From IMG/VR virus record IMGVR_UViG_3300032007_001727: a stretch of 64,000 nucleotides of DNA; one strand, given 5' to 3'. The notes beneath the pieces were generated by a model. The model worked only from the letters and a program-made list of their open reading frames with translations, was not told the DNA's origin and searched no databases. Origin of the DNA: a virus. Lineage: Duplodnaviria > Caudoviricetes. Of this stretch, positions 33,438 to 42,711 are shown in pieces; positions within the stretch are counted from its first letter, which is position 1, and each line of letters begins with the position of its first letter. A program made the translations under genes and the position numbers.

Positions 33438-34220
33438 CTACGTTAACAGATAAGTCTTCCTCGTTTCTTCCTTTCCCCAATACTTGACCAAATATTCAAT
33501 CTCCTTGGAACCATTGTCAGATACCGTCTCATTCAGTATCTCGGTTGAGAATTCCAATTCACCATAACGTTTCTTGTTTATCCAAGCAAGCACACAAACG
33601 TAACTATCACAAGCATCGAAATTTTCTTTTTTTAGTTCTCCCTTCTTGTCATACAGCCATTCAATATCCGGAAATTTTTCAGATACCTTTCCTTGAATTA
33701 CTATTTTCTTATCAATCATCCAAGGATAACCCCCGAACAATACCAAGGAGCATTTCTTGATTTCACTGATAATCTTGGAATATATGTACTGTTTTCCGTT
33801 CTTGTCGTACTTTCTTATTGACATAAGTTCCGGGAATGCATACTTTCTTGCGTCGTATGACGATATGTATTCCGGTGCAATGCCCAATATGTTATAGACA
33901 CAGTCCGACACCATTCCGTTGAACCTCAACAAGGTTGAAACAGTATATACATTCGTGCTTCTCATCAGAGGCTCCTCTATTATCACCTCCGATATGCCGA
34001 TATTCTGATATTTCCTTATAAACTCCTCAAAAATTCTTTTCTTGAGATAAAGTTTTTCATTTTCATTTGTCTTTGAAGGTATTTTAGGATTAATGTGCGT
34101 GAGTTCTATTATTTTTCCGTACTCTGACCCATCGTCCTCCAAAAGGCATACACCAATACATTGTGTACTTACATCTAGTCCTAATATAATATTATTACTA
34201 TTAACTTTATTATCTTTCAT
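33438..34220 (-). CDS. RuvC-like Holliday junction resolvase
   Basis: ILGLDVSTQCIG, VIIEEPL, LLRFNGMV and FDACDSY motifs. Confidence 0.7.
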   Translation of the reverse strand: MKDNKVNSNNIILGLDVSTQCIGVCLLEDDGSEYGKIIELTHINPKIPSKTNENEKLYLKKRIFEEFIRKYQNIGISEVIIEEPLMRSTNVYTVSTLLRFNGMVSDCVYNILGIAPEYISSYDARKYAFPELMSIRKYDKNGKQYIYSKIISEIKKCSLVLFGGYPWMIDKKIVIQGKVSEKFPDIEWLYDKKGELKKENFDACDSYVCVLAWINKKRYGELEFSTEILNETVSDNGSKEIEYLVKYWGKEETRKTYLLT

Positions 34221-34349
34221 AACAATACTTAAGAATACATTATAAATATAATATTATTATATTATAATTATTATTTTAATAAAAAATAACATTTAATATA
34301 ATATATTAAATAAAAATAGATAATATAGTTAACATTTTTTATTAAAATA

Positions 34350-34383
34350 CTTGTTTTTTTAACATTTTTTATATATATTTGCA
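34350..34383 (+). promoter_or_regulatory. Bacteroidota-type promoter (conserved 34-bp copy)
   Basis: CTTGTTTTTTTAACATTTTTTATATATATTTGCA; near-identical to the copies at 50396 and 63505. Confidence 0.7.
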
Positions 34384-34398
34384 TTAAATAAACAATAT

Positions 34399-34755
34399 AT
34401 GTGCAAATTAAGTTTTAATAAAACTCTTGAAAAAACTATTAATGAATACTGCAAAGTTAACGGTATTGAAGATATAAATGCATTCGCAAACCGCTGCGCT
34501 TTGCATGGACTGAATATTGTCAAGTTCGGAACTTCTCCGGCTGATAATATAGAAAGGGAAAATAACGGAATTAAAGATTTACCAAAGAATGGAAAGAGAA
34601 AAAAGAAAGAAGACATTGTTCCAACAAATGAAGGAGAACAGAATGAAGTCGCAGAACAAGGAAATGACAACAACACCAAAGAAGAAGGAAGTTTACAAGA
34701 GAAAAAAGGAGAATCAGTTAAGGTAAGAAAGATAAAGGTCATAAAGAAGGAATGA
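34399..34755 (+). CDS. Hypothetical protein
   Basis: 118 aa downstream of the promoter; ATGA overlap with the next gene. Confidence 0.6.
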   Translation: MCKLSFNKTLEKTINEYCKVNGIEDINAFANRCALHGLNIVKFGTSPADNIERENNGIKDLPKNGKRKKKEDIVPTNEGEQNEVAEQGNDNNTKEEGSLQEKKGESVKVRKIKVIKKE

Positions 34756-35663
34756 AAAGAATAGGTTTTGATGAATTCAAGAAAAGAGCCATAGAAATAC
34801 ACGGAGAAAAATACCATTATAACGAATCCTCGTATAATGGAATGGCAAATAAAATTGAAATAACTTGTCCAATACATGGAACATTTCTTCAAAAAGCCAG
34901 ATTACACATAAATGGTTGTGGATGTCCAAAATGTGCAATAGAACAATCTTCTGAAAAACAAAAATTCAAACAAGATTATATTATCAAGCGATTTATGGAA
35001 ATCCATAACAGTTTTTATTCATACGAGAAATTTAAATATAATGGTATGAATAAAAAGAGCGTAGTAACATGTCCAATACACGGGGATTTTGAAATAATGC
35101 CATCTAAACATATAAATGGCAGAGGTTGTTCAAAATGTAGTGGTAAAAGTAGGTTAACAACTGAGGAATTCATTAATAATGCTAAATCTGTTCATGGAGA
35201 TAAATATGATTATTCGAAAGTAGATTACATAAATGCTATCACAAAGGTTTGTATAATATGTCCAATTCATGGTGAATTTTGGCAAATACCTCATAATCAC
35301 GTAAATGGTGAACAAGGGTGCCCAATATGTAATTTTAGTCATTTGGAATCTAAAGTTAAAAAATTCTTAGATGGACATAATATTAAATACGAGTTTCAAA
35401 AGAAATTTCCATGGTTAGGTAGAAAAAGTTTGGATTTTTACTTGCCTGATTATAATTTAGCGATTGAATGTCAAGGTAAACAACATTTTGGCCTTGGCGG
35501 TTGGAACAACAAAGATGCACTTAAATCTATATTAGAAAGAGATAAAATTAAAAAAAGGTTATGTATTGAAAATAATTTAAATATAATATACTTTTCAGAT
35601 AAAAAATATAGGAATGATGTTTTAACTGATGTAAACGATATTTTAAATGTTTTGAAAAAATGA
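34752..35663 (+). CDS. Zinc-ribbon repeat + DUF559/Vsr-like homing endonuclease
   Basis: Three CPIHG repeats; SLDFYLPDYNLAIECQGKQHF. Confidence 0.75.
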   Translation: MKRIGFDEFKKRAIEIHGEKYHYNESSYNGMANKIEITCPIHGTFLQKARLHINGCGCPKCAIEQSSEKQKFKQDYIIKRFMEIHNSFYSYEKFKYNGMNKKSVVTCPIHGDFEIMPSKHINGRGCSKCSGKSRLTTEEFINNAKSVHGDKYDYSKVDYINAITKVCIICPIHGEFWQIPHNHVNGEQGCPICNFSHLESKVKKFLDGHNIKYEFQKKFPWLGRKSLDFYLPDYNLAIECQGKQHFGLGGWNNKDALKSILERDKIKKRLCIENNLNIIYFSDKKYRNDVLTDVNDILNVLKK

Positions 35664-38029
35664 TAAATGTAAATAAAAAATCTAAGATTAACATACATTG
35701 GAACGTGTCCCCGTATGACTTCTCAAAGGAGAAGCAAGAATCAGTCGTTGCCAAGGCAAGTAATAAGTTCGGACTTCCAAAGGATAGGATTAAGGTAATC
35801 CCAAACTTTATTATGAATGTTACGTCCGATGAGTTATCGACACCAAGCAACATAATTCAGAATATCCAAGACCCTTCATTCCAATTAAAGTTATTCAAGG
35901 ATTATCTTGAAATTAACGGTATTAATAACTATGATTTTGAATTAATTAAATCTATAGACTCAGAGATAAATGCAAACATTGACTACCAAGTTTATGACAA
36001 ATATAGAAAATATTCAATTAAATGGATTAGATGGGATAATTTTCTGTCTTATGGAGCCAACAACTATATTGATTTTACAAATATCAAGAATCTTGTTCTG
36101 TTGAGCGGTGAACCAGCAAATCAGAGTGGTAAGACAGCGCTCTCAATCGACTTGCTGCATTTTCTTCTCTATGGTACAACCAACCGCTTCAAGACACAAG
36201 ACAAGATATTCAACAAGCATTTGAGGGAGTCAACGAATGTTGTTGTTGAGGGGTGCATTAGCATAGACGGTTCTGACTATATCATCAAGAGGACATTGTC
36301 ACGCCCTTCCCTTCAGAAGAGGACTTCAAAGAGCAAGACAACGCAGAAGGTTGAATATTATAGGCTAGTCGGTGACTCAAAGGAAGAACTCGTGGAATAT
36401 ATCGATAATCAGCAAGAGGAAAGCACCATACAGACCAACAAGGCCATAAAGGAGGCCATAGGGAGGGAAAGTGACTTTGACTTGATAATGTCCGTCACTG
36501 AGTCTACACTAGACGAACTGATTGAAAAGAAGGAGGCTGAAAGAGGAAGACTGTTATCTAGATGGATTGGCTTGTTGCCGCTTGAGGAAAAGGATGTCTT
36601 GGCAAGGGAAAAGTTTAACTCTGAAATAAAGCCAAGGTTGTTGTCAAATCAGTTTAACGTTGAAACTCTCACACAAGAGATTGGGGCATATGAGATTAAT
36701 ATCAAGACATTGAGCGACGAAAATCAAAGGTATGCTGCCGAAAGCAAGAAGGTTGAGAAGGAGGTTGAGAATCTTGAAAAGACAAAATCGACGTTGCTTT
36801 CAACAAAGAGACAAATAGATGAGACACTTCTTAAGATTGACATAACCACGCTGAATGTCACCATAGAGGGCAATATAAGGGACGGGAAGAAGAAATCTGA
36901 GGAACTAAAGGTAATCTCAGACGAGTTGAATGAAATCGGTGATGTGATGTTTTCAATTGAGGAATATGACTCATTGGTGAATGAGAAAATGAAGGTGAGC
37001 AGTGAAATTGCCGTGATAGGCGAGAAATACAAGAATATCGACCATAACATAAAACACTTGAAATCAAGTGAAATATGTCCAACTTGCCACAGAAAACTAG
37101 ACAACGTGGACAACTCGAAGAGGATTGCCGAACTTGAAGCAGAACTCAAGGGAGTTGTTGAGGATGGAAAGATAAAGAGGGCCATTGAGAGCGAACTCTC
37201 ATCCAAGATTGAAAAACTTAAGGTGAATAGGGAACTCTATGAGAAGAAATCCAAGTTGAATGTCAAGAAGTCTGCTCTTGAGGTGAATATTGAAAAACTT
37301 AGAGGGGAATACAAGGAGAATTCCTCCCTTAAGAAAGAATATGAGAAGAACAGCGAGGCAATAGACAATAACAACAAGATAGACATTCAGATTAGGAATA
37401 CGGACTTCTTCATAAAGGAGAAGAGAAACACCCTAGAGACAAATACGGCGTACATTGCGAAGAATGAGGCCGATATAAAGAACCACAAGGAACAAATCGA
37501 GGCTAGGAATGAAATAATAAACAAAATAAAAGAAGAGGAAATCCTATTAAGGAATTGGAAGATATACTTGGAATTGGTTGGAAAGAACGGAATATCCAAG
37601 ATGGTTCTCAGAAAGACACTTCCGGTCATCAATGCTAGGCTGTCACAGTTATTGGGTGATGTTTGTGACTTCGATGTTGAAGTCGGCATAAATGAAAAGA
37701 ACGAGGTTACATTCTACCTTATTAAAGACGGTGTATATTCTGACTTGTACAGCGGAAGCGGTTTTGAGAAGACCGCATCAGCATTGGCCCTTAGGGCCGT
37801 ACTAGCCGACATGTCAACGATACCTAGATGCAACGGTGTAATATGGGACGAGATATTCGGAAGGGTCGCAAAGGAGAACTATGACAACATAAAGCATCTA
37901 TGCAATAAGATTGCGGAATCATATGATTGGATTTTCATTATATCACACATTGACGAAATAAAAGATTGGTGTGATTCCCATATTATCGTGAAGAAAGAAA
38001 ATAATATCTCGAAAATTGTTTTCGGATAA
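35660..38029 (+). CDS. SbcC/Rad50/T4 gp46-like SMC ATPase
   Basis: NFLSYG, Walker A NQSGKT, coiled coils with CPTC zinc hook, SGFEK signature, Walker B IWDEIFG, IISH. Confidence 0.9.
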   Translation: MINVNKKSKINIHWNVSPYDFSKEKQESVVAKASNKFGLPKDRIKVIPNFIMNVTSDELSTPSNIIQNIQDPSFQLKLFKDYLEINGINNYDFELIKSIDSEINANIDYQVYDKYRKYSIKWIRWDNFLSYGANNYIDFTNIKNLVLLSGEPANQSGKTALSIDLLHFLLYGTTNRFKTQDKIFNKHLRESTNVVVEGCISIDGSDYIIKRTLSRPSLQKRTSKSKTTQKVEYYRLVGDSKEELVEYIDNQQEESTIQTNKAIKEAIGRESDFDLIMSVTESTLDELIEKKEAERGRLLSRWIGLLPLEEKDVLAREKFNSEIKPRLLSNQFNVETLTQEIGAYEINIKTLSDENQRYAAESKKVEKEVENLEKTKSTLLSTKRQIDETLLKIDITTLNVTIEGNIRDGKKKSEELKVISDELNEIGDVMFSIEEYDSLVNEKMKVSSEIAVIGEKYKNIDHNIKHLKSSEICPTCHRKLDNVDNSKRIAELEAELKGVVEDGKIKRAIESELSSKIEKLKVNRELYEKKSKLNVKKSALEVNIEKLRGEYKENSSLKKEYEKNSEAIDNNNKIDIQIRNTDFFIKEKRNTLETNTAYIAKNEADIKNHKEQIEARNEIINKIKEEEILLRNWKIYLELVGKNGISKMVLRKTLPVINARLSQLLGDVCDFDVEVGINEKNEVTFYLIKDGVYSDLYSGSGFEKTASALALRAVLADMSTIPRCNGVIWDEIFGRVAKENYDNIKHLCNKIAESYDWIFIISHIDEIKDWCDSHIIVKKENNISKIVFG

Positions 38030-38052
38030 AGTGTTTAACCCTTAAATTAAAT

Positions 38053-38760
38053 ATGAACCAATATGCGAATGACTTTACTAGAACTGTTGAAATATACTAC
38101 GATGACCTAAAAAGGTTTAAGCCGCTGACAAAGTCCATGGAAAGGACTTTGATAAGGAAATGCAAGAAAGGCGATGTTGCGGCAAAGAATAAACTATTGG
38201 AGGCGAACCTAAAGTTCGTTTTCGACATTGCAAAACACTATACCGGTCGAGGGCTTTCAATCTCAGAACTAATCTCAGACGGAAACATGGGCCTCATAAA
38301 GGCCATAGACAAGTTTGATGAGAAACGTGACATCAAGTTCATATCCTATGCCGTTTGGTGGATAAGGCAATCCATTATGGAATCAATTAAGAAGAAAAAC
38401 ATAATGAATTTTGTTGAATTGGCCCCGGATGAGACAATTGACACTAACTTTGATGATGTGGATGACATTGAGTTTGAGGAAAATCAAAGTGATTTTTCAA
38501 ATGACGGCGAATTGGAACGAGAAGAAAGGGCAAGTGAACAGATTGACATTGTCTCTTCGATAATATCAAAGTTGAATGATAGGGAAAGGGACATAATAGA
38601 GACATACTATGGATTAAACAACAAGGAAGAATTGACCTTGAGTGAGATAGGCGAAAAATACAATCTGAGCATTGAAAGGGTTCGCCAAATAAGAAACAAG
38701 AGTCTTAAGAAACTGAGAAGCGAACTTTTGTTGTTGTCTGATTTTGAGTATTGCAAGTAA
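38053..38760 (+). CDS. RNA polymerase sigma-70 family factor
   Basis: ANLKFVFDIAKHY, GNMGLIKAIDKFD, KFISYAVWWIRQSI and region 4 TLSEIG...ERVRQI. Confidence 0.9.
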   Translation: MNQYANDFTRTVEIYYDDLKRFKPLTKSMERTLIRKCKKGDVAAKNKLLEANLKFVFDIAKHYTGRGLSISELISDGNMGLIKAIDKFDEKRDIKFISYAVWWIRQSIMESIKKKNIMNFVELAPDETIDTNFDDVDDIEFEENQSDFSNDGELEREERASEQIDIVSSIISKLNDRERDIIETYYGLNNKEELTLSEIGEKYNLSIERVRQIRNKSLKKLRSELLLLSDFEYCK

Positions 38761-38803
38761 AAAAATTATAAAAAACTATTTATATATAAAAATTGAAAGA
38801 AAT

Positions 38804-39166
38804 ATGGCAAAGAAAGAGAATACTAAGAAAGTAACTAGTAAGAAGGGCACGAAGAAGGCCGTAAAGCCGTCAACCGTAAATAATGTGGTTGAGGTAAAGG
38901 AAGATAATCTTTCCAACGATGTTTTGGAGGAGAAGAAAGAGATTGTTGCTGAAGAAGTTGATGCCGTTGTTGCCGAGGGTCATGAAGAAGTGAACGAAAC
39001 GGTTGAAGAGGGTCACTTGGAGAATCTGAGTGCCGCAATCGATGAGAACGTAAAGGTAAATCAAGAGCAACAAAATATTAAGAGTGAACCCAAAAAGGTA
39101 AGCCTTAAGAAGAAAATAAGTAATTGGTTCGGTTATTTTTGGAACGGCCAAGAAATTGATTATTAA
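38804..39166 (+). CDS. Hypothetical Lys/Glu-rich protein
   Basis: ATG (MAKKE) after CTATTTATA; ends FGYFWNGQEIDY. Confidence 0.6.
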   Translation: MAKKENTKKVTSKKGTKKAVKPSTVNNVVEVKEDNLSNDVLEEKKEIVAEEVDAVVAEGHEEVNETVEEGHLENLSAAIDENVKVNQEQQNIKSEPKKVSLKKKISNWFGYFWNGQEIDY

Positions 39167-39184
39167 AAAAATATTTCATAGATT

Positions 39185-39745
39185 ATGAGTGAAAATAGTA
39201 TAACAAAGAAGATGCTCAACACCTTGAGGGAGGGCAGATACGCAAAGGAAATATCCGCCTCAAAGAATTTCCCGAAGGGTAAGGTTGAAGAGAATGATAA
39301 CTTCTTGAGAAGGAGCATAGCATTGATGGAAGAGGCCGTAGATAAAAAAAAAGTCTTGACGGAAGACAGTGACGGTGACAGTGATAGTTTTGTCATTTCA
39401 AAGGATACGCCACAATTCGGGGATATTGTCTCTTCACAAAGGGAAATGATTAAGAAGACAGTCAATGACAACGTGGAGTTCAAGGAAAACGCGCTAAAGT
39501 ATTATCCACATGAAAACGACATGACATTGGATGCCTCCATCCCTTCGCTTAACCTTAGTTTCCGGTTTAGGTATAACGACACGTCCACGGGGTGCTATAT
39601 ATGGTGCAACCAAACGGTATTGGACGATGAAAATACTAGAACAATAGGAAAAATAAGGGATGCATATGTTAATTGGAGAAATTCCATTACCGCTGAGGAT
39701 GACCTAATGGCTAAACTTAAACAAGCCGCAACAAAGAATGGTTAA
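39185..39745 (+). CDS. Hypothetical protein
   Basis: 186-aa ORF in operon. Confidence 0.65.
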   Translation: MSENSITKKMLNTLREGRYAKEISASKNFPKGKVEENDNFLRRSIALMEEAVDKKKVLTEDSDGDSDSFVISKDTPQFGDIVSSQREMIKKTVNDNVEFKENALKYYPHENDMTLDASIPSLNLSFRFRYNDTSTGCYIWCNQTVLDDENTRTIGKIRDAYVNWRNSITAEDDLMAKLKQAATKNG

Positions 39746-39923
39746 GCATTGGACAACAAGCCTATTTATTGAGGAAGCCAAAGCCATACACGGTGACAAG
39801 TACGACTATTCAAAAGCAAAATATGAGAAGAAAAAAACCAAAGTCTGTATAGTATGCCCCAAACATGGCGAATTTTGGCAAACGCCGGATGCCCAATTAA
39901 TAAAAAAAATTAAGTTAAAATGA
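39738..39923 (+). pseudogene. Truncated homing endonuclease remnant (single zinc-ribbon repeat, no nuclease domain)
   Basis: HGDKYDYSK...CPKHGEFWQTP followed by an abrupt end. Confidence 0.65.
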
Positions 39924-40174
39924 ATTTTATGGAAAGAGTTGAAGAAATTGTTACGATTAAGGAACTTAGAAAAGAAATTGATGAGAAAATTCAAAAGGTA
40001 AGGTCATTGGAACCATGCAAGGAGGTTGATTTGGCAACCATTAAACTTCAAGAGGCCGTAATGTGGTTAGGTATGGATTTGAAGAGGTTGAATGAACCTA
40101 ATCCGTATCCTAATTCAAAGGACCCTAATACCGGTGACAAAATCGACCCGACGGCAGATGGTTTAAAATTTTAA
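39920..40174 (+). CDS. Acb2/Tad1-like helical hairpin protein (candidate anti-defence nucleotide sponge)
   Basis: CKEVDLATIKLQEAVMWLG resembles the S/A-LAxTKLxEAxxW hairpin of the Acb2/Tad1 families. Confidence 0.5.
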   Translation: MNFMERVEEIVTIKELRKEIDEKIQKVRSLEPCKEVDLATIKLQEAVMWLGMDLKRLNEPNPYPNSKDPNTGDKIDPTADGLKF

Positions 40175-40185
40175 AGAAAAAAATT

Positions 40186-40214
40186 AAAAAGGCATCGTTT
40201 TTTGGTGCCTTTTT
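40186..40214 (+). terminator. Rho-independent terminator
   Basis: AAAAAGGCATC-GTTTTTT-GGTGCCTTTTT. Confidence 0.65.
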
Positions 40215-40253
40215 ATATTTTTTCGATATTTATTATAAAAATTGTTATTTAGT

Positions 40254-40463
40254 ATGATTTCCAATAATAGAATTGACCAAATAATCACGGAGGAAATAAA
40301 CAAGACAGACGTTGAGTCCATTGTTTCTAGAAGATTATCCTCATCATATGATTCAAAGGACTTCCAAAAGGCAGTCAAGGATGTTGTTGCCGACGTGATT
40401 GAAGAACTGTTTAGGACGCTATGGAACAGAAGCAGCATGTGGAAGGGGGGTATAAAAAGATGA
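40254..40463 (+). CDS. Small hypothetical protein
   Basis: MISNNRIDQIITEEINK; downstream of GATATTTAT. Confidence 0.6.
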   Translation: MISNNRIDQIITEEINKTDVESIVSRRLSSSYDSKDFQKAVKDVVADVIEELFRTLWNRSSMWKGGIKR

Positions 40464-40837
40464 AAATAGTCCATTTAAATGAGGCTAGGTTTGAATCATT
40501 GTTTAATATAATTGAAGAAAATGCCGACAATTATATTCCATTTCAGACATTCTATGAGGATGCGATAGAATATATCAAGGGACTGCTTAATAAACCGTTT
40601 GATACCAAGATTAGCGCAGCCATGTCATCAATGGGCGTAAGTGACGGTGAATTTAGGAATAAACTCTTGGATAATGGAATAATGACAAAGAAGAGTGATA
40701 TACGCGAGCCATATGACGAGGAAAGCGGCAAGCCTACATCTAGATACTATGAGTCATATAAACTCAAAACAGACAACCTAAAGTCTAAACTTAGGGAAAT
40801 ATATAACGAGTTAACTAATCAAGAAACTGAAGAATAA
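40460..40837 (+). CDS. Hypothetical protein (leader-like N-terminus MKIVHLNE)
   Basis: ATGA overlap with the previous gene. Confidence 0.6.
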   Translation: MKIVHLNEARFESLFNIIEENADNYIPFQTFYEDAIEYIKGLLNKPFDTKISAAMSSMGVSDGEFRNKLLDNGIMTKKSDIREPYDEESGKPTSRYYESYKLKTDNLKSKLREIYNELTNQETEE

Positions 40838-40859
40838 TATAAATAAAATACATAAGACA

Positions 40860-41429
40860 ATGAATAAGCAGCAGATAAGATTAACTGAGGAAGATTTGCA
40901 TTTCCTCATTGAGAGTGCCGTTGAGAATTATCTAACGGAAAACGGAGAGACAGAGTTATTTGATGGATTTCGTGCCGGTATGAGAGGTATCGGCCAAAAA
41001 CTTGGCCGTGACACTAGCGCCGTTTCAAGTAGGGCCATGGCTAACGTGAACGGTAAAATGAATAGGTTCGGCAATTATTTAAACAATAAGGTAACCGGTG
41101 CTAGAAATTATATGAACGATAAGGTAAGCGGTGCCAAGACATATATGAACAATAAGGGTCAGCAGATGAGGCAATACGGCCAAGACGTAAGGGACACCTA
41201 TCAAAGGACGGCAATGGCCCAACAAGTTAAGGGTTATGTTGACCAATGTGTTAATGCACTGTCTAAATTATATAACGCCAATATGAACATGAAGAAATAC
41301 AGCATCAATGGCGTGTTACCAAAGGGTGTTGATGCAAAGATTGACGAACTTATAAATGTATTACAGTCTAGGAACGCTGTTACGGGTGTGTACGGCAAGG
41401 CTAGTGCAATACAGAATGCTAGAGGCTAA
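40860..41429 (+). CDS. IRLTEEDLH-leader protein with 11-residue amphipathic repeats
   Basis: MNKQQIRLTEEDLHFLIESAVENYLTE; NYLNNKVTGAR/NYMNDKVSGAK/TYMNNKGQQMR. Confidence 0.7.
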   Translation: MNKQQIRLTEEDLHFLIESAVENYLTENGETELFDGFRAGMRGIGQKLGRDTSAVSSRAMANVNGKMNRFGNYLNNKVTGARNYMNDKVSGAKTYMNNKGQQMRQYGQDVRDTYQRTAMAQQVKGYVDQCVNALSKLYNANMNMKKYSINGVLPKGVDAKIDELINVLQSRNAVTGVYGKASAIQNARG

Positions 41430-41437
41430 TGGTTTTT

Positions 41438-41863
41438 CTAACCGAAAAGCATTTCAAGAAAAGTGTCGAATTTGGGTGCGTTGTCTAATTTCTTAAAGGA
41501 TGACGCATCCACTTTTTTTGTTATATTCAAGCCATACTTTTCATTCATTTCATTCGCAATTCTCATGAATTCATTTCCGTGTTCCTTATTGTCCTTGATA
41601 TTATTGAAGGCAATATAATAGTGAATCATTTCATGAACCATTAGGTTTATGAAGTCCTTTTCTTCAAAATCATAACAATCCGTGAATATTATTTCATTCA
41701 CCAAGAATTTCTTTGGATTCTTCTTATCCTTTAGGTATTTATAAGTTGCTAGTGTGTGCAACTTGTTCATAAGTCCGAACTTTGGTGTCGGAAGTGAGTG
41801 GTTGAAATATTTGATGTTGCAATCACTGAACACTATCGGCATTGTATTGAAATCTGCTATCAT
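41438..41863 (-). CDS. SprT-like zinc metalloprotease
   Basis: LMVHEMIHYY...EHGNEF. Confidence 0.8.
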   Translation of the reverse strand: MIADFNTMPIVFSDCNIKYFNHSLPTPKFGLMNKLHTLATYKYLKDKKNPKKFLVNEIIFTDCYDFEEKDFINLMVHEMIHYYIAFNNIKDNKEHGNEFMRIANEMNEKYGLNITKKVDASSFKKLDNAPKFDTFLEMLFG

Positions 41864-42161
41864 TTTTACGCATTTCTTCGTAATAATTAAACCATTTATC
41901 GTTTAGATTAAACCAAAAAGAACATTCTTTCGTACTCCAAATAAATGTAGGTATAAAAATCATATTTCCATTATTCCGGTCGAAATAATCGTAAATAAAT
42001 TCTCCTAGTGAGATACGACGGCTACTAACCCAAGACCAACTTTTCTTATAGTATAAGTCTTTATATTTATGGTATGCATTATTTTCTTTGAGAAAGTCAA
42101 TGAATAGTTTCATAGAGTTTTCAATGTATTCATTTTTTGTCATCGCAAATTGAAATTTCAT
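41823..42161 (-). CDS. Hypothetical aromatic-rich protein
   Basis: ORF directly downstream of a TACTTTTG promoter at 42169-42202 (minus strand); start may instead be 42143. Confidence 0.55.
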   Translation of the reverse strand: MKFQFAMTKNEYIENSMKLFIDFLKENNAYHKYKDLYYKKSWSWVSSRRISLGEFIYDYFDRNNGNMIFIPTFIWSTKECSFWFNLNDKWFNYYEEMRKNDSRFQYNADSVQ

Positions 42162-42249
42162 ATTTTTTGGCAAAAGTATATAAAAATTTTGATATGCCAA
42201 AAACAAAAATGCACTATTTCAATATTTATAGGAAAATTTAACTTTTATT

Positions 42250-42540
42250 ATGAAAAGAATTATAAGACTTACGGAGAGTGATTTGCACAATATTATTAAT
42301 AATGCTGTCATGCAAATATTAAAGGAAGAGGGTCCTCTTGGTGGTGCTCTTGGTGGTGCAAATTTAATGGTTGGCACTTCTGATGCGAGCGGTGATATTA
42401 AATGCCCTTTTGGTCCCGTAATAACCAAAGGAAACAATTTGGGTAAGAAAACAAGAAAAAAGGTTAAAGGTGTGGATATGGGTCCGGCACTTGAGAGAGG
42501 TGGTTCTATTTCTGTCAACCATGTCGGAAGCGATAAGTAG
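42250..42540 (+). CDS. IRLTESDLH-leader protein
   Basis: MKRIIRLTESDLHNIINNAVMQILKEE; AATATTTATA at 42221. Confidence 0.75.
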   Translation: MKRIIRLTESDLHNIINNAVMQILKEEGPLGGALGGANLMVGTSDASGDIKCPFGPVITKGNNLGKKTRKKVKGVDMGPALERGGSISVNHVGSDK

Positions 42541-42564
42541 ATAAAGGTGTTCAAATTTTGACAT

Positions 42565-42711
42565 ATGATAGACTATGAAGCAAATGCGGAAACCATCAAG
42601 AGAGTTGAAGAAATAAATGATAAACTTGAGCAAGAGAATGATGGTAAAAAAAGGACAAAGTTAATGTTTGAGCAATTATTAAGGGGTCTATACCTTAATA
42701 ATTGGCAATAA
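42565..42711 (+). CDS. Small 48-aa protein whose 3' end is overwritten by the cassette insertion (not in ORF track)
   Basis: MIDYEANAETIKRVEEINDKLEQENDGKKRTKLMFEQLLRGLYLNNWQ*; stop codon lies inside the left IR. Confidence 0.5.
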   Translation: MIDYEANAETIKRVEEINDKLEQENDGKKRTKLMFEQLLRGLYLNNWQ

